DNA of 64,000 nucleotides from Octopus sinensis (taxonomy: Eukaryota), in the NCBI RefSeq assembly GCF_006345805.1, contig NC_043012.1:35588001-35652000 (forward strand), in the 5' to 3' direction. Positions 61,962 to 64,000 of this stretch are shown here, in pieces; position 1 is the first letter of the stretch, and every line of letters starts with the position of its first letter. The position numbers were made by a program, and so were the translations under genes. The notes under the pieces are model-generated. The model was not told the DNA's origin and did no database searches. It worked only from the letters and a program-made list of their open reading frames with translations.

Positions 61962-61965
<4 letters not shown>
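61655..61965 (-). mobile_element. tRNA-derived SINE (Arg-like head), family F, tail type 2
   Basis: Same roughly 170-nt 5' part as 25070-25490 but a different 3' part ending GGTCACGTGATCACGTGAT. Confidence 0.75.
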
Positions 61966-62004
<39 letters not shown>

Positions 62005-62011
62005 TATATGT

Positions 62012-62055
<44 letters not shown>

Positions 62056-62140
62056 AGAGAGAGGTAGATGATAGATAGATAGATAGATAGATAGACAGAT
62101 ACACACACATACACACACGTGTATACATGTATGTTAGTAA

Positions 62141-62181
<41 letters not shown>

Positions 62182-63174
62182 CACACACACACACACACAC
62201 TGAGTTCTATTATATCAACAGACCTGGAAAAACTTTTAATTGGTGAAAGTACAAAGTGCAAGAGCACTGAGAGTGCTTCTTAGCCAGAATCTCCATTTAT
62301 TGAAACAGTTGGTTACCAAAGGCAACAGCAACAACAACAACAGCACCAACAACTGCAAGAACAACAACAACAACAACTGCAACAGCGTAAATAACATAAA
62401 CCTTTAAAGATAAGGTCTTTACAGAGGATATAGGTACTTTGCCTGCCACTCGAACCTGAGGGTGACAATCTCAAAAGTTTATTATTTCAACCAGTTACAT
62501 ATTAAAATCTAAGCCAGATGAACACGATAAATCATATACACACACACACAGACACACAGACACTTGTATATATACATTCAAAACCTGATATAGAAACTAT
62601 CTTAATTATAAGGTTTCAGTAATAATTAATATTTCAGAAAAATACTACCACACAGAAATATATATTTTATGAGAACAGCAAAGCAACATGAGGTTATGAA
62701 TAAAATATACGACGTACACTTATCTATAACGTATAATTTAAACATGTAAAAGATATTGGTGTTTAACGAATGTGTTGCATTAATAAAATATATTAAGAGA
62801 TGATTAATAATACAAGTATATGACGTGCACATATCTGTAATACTTAATTTAAACATCTAAAATAATCTGGTGCTTAACATATGTAAATAGAAATGTATTC
62901 ATTCAATCTGTTGACTTCCTGACTTTAATGCTGTAGGGAGGTCAGACCAGGATCAAATCCTCGTGTAGGCTGGTTAAGTATTAATAACGGAAGTTAACTA
63001 AGTATCACTATTTCAAAACAGATTTTGGTACTAAATACACAAACTGGAATGGCATTTAGTTGTTGTTGTAGTTTAACACCTAAACAATTCTGATTGAGCA
63101 GAAATATAACCAAATATGTTCCAAGCATGACCATCCTGTACTGTCTTTTTTGGAAGATATAAGAACATAGAAGC

Positions 63175-63420
63175 CAGCATGGCTGTGTGGTTAAGACATT
63201 GCTTCCCAACCATGTGGTCTTGAGTTCAGTCCCACTGTGTGGCACCTTGGGCAAGTCTCTTCTACTATAGCCTTCATCCAACCAAACCTTGCATGAGGAT
63301 TTGATAGACAGAAACTGAAAGAAGCCCATCATACGTGTGTGTGTGATACGATTGTATGTATGTTTGTGTATGTGTGTGAACGCGTGTATGTTTGTGTCTC
63401 CTTGTCTTGATGTCACACGA
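63175..63420 (+). mobile_element. Family C CORE-like SINE (5' part); another decayed piece at about 63810-63965 (-)
   Basis: GGCTGTGTGGTTAAG head and GGCACCTTGGGCAAGTCTCTT. Confidence 0.7.
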
Positions 63421-64000
63421 TTCTTGTGATTCATTCTCAATATTTTGTGAAAACACATCTGGCCACTGGGGAAATAATATTACCTTGATTGGAAACAGGT
63501 AAAGGTTATTAACAGGAAAGACATCTGGTCATGGAAAGTCTACCTCAATAAACTTTCTCTGATCCATGGAAACATATTATATATATATATATATATATAA
63601 TATATATATATATATTATATATATATATAGATATATATAATATATATATATATATTATATATACATATATAGAGAGATAGATATAAATGTGATGAAACAA
63701 CGGCCAAACAAATAGCAAAACATCTATCTACTCATCTCAATCTATATATATTATATATAGTATATATATGCACACCACACACACACACAACACACACCAC
63801 ACACCACACACACACACGTTGGGCTTCTTTCAGTTTCCATTAACCAGATCCTTTCACACAAGACTTTGGTTGGACAAGTAGTCATGCCATAGTGGTCATG
63901 TAGTGGAACTGAATCCAAACCGTTGTCGTTGGGAAGCCAGCATCTTAACTACAAAACCATGCCTGCCTTCTTGACCACGCTGCCTTCTTGACCACGCTGC

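Noticed and set aside
61890-61965. tRNA genes (also the heads at 25415-25490, 43912-43995 and 54846-54910)
   Set aside because: A and B boxes are present, but the acceptor stems do not close and each runs into a SINE body.
62402-62455. 54-nt minus-strand candidate exon, open in two frames
   Set aside because: The donor GTTTAT is poor and the peptide is not recognisable. It is phase-compatible with the 45995 exon, but that is not enough support.

Overview
Eukaryotic, AT-rich, microsatellite-dense DNA. The SINE/LINE inventory suggests an octopus or other coleoid cephalopod genome (inference, not verified). Almost all ORFs in the supplied track are artefacts of (TA)n, (CA)n, (CAT)n, (TATG)n, (GAA)n and (GATA)n repeats. 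Host-gene signal is limited to a few minus-strand exons with good splice sites. These are a non-coding exon (28771-28715), a start-codon exon (19124-19030) and a coding exon (95-15) that join in frame, plus a probable terminal coding exon of another gene (45995-45838). None of the proteins is identified. The rest is interspersed repeat: tRNA-derived SINEs of several families, RTE, CR1, R4-like and L1-like LINE 3' ends, Tc1/mariner, hAT and TTAA MITEs, and a Helitron-like element. Two features stand out. (1) A complete type I hammerhead ribozyme at 29706-29803 (+) inside a 442-bp foldback element, with several truncated or decayed hammerhead-like remnants elsewhere, which points to Penelope-like/retrozyme activity. 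(2) A CpG-rich 3.6-kb higher-order tandem array (121-bp A x19, 184-bp B x7). Its A-B junction folds with hammerhead-like topology but has a non-canonical core. It lies next to a Penelope-like peptide remnant and an RTE 3' end, and the whole block is flanked by (AT)6 on both sides. Coordinates of decayed repeats are approximate. No database searches were run.
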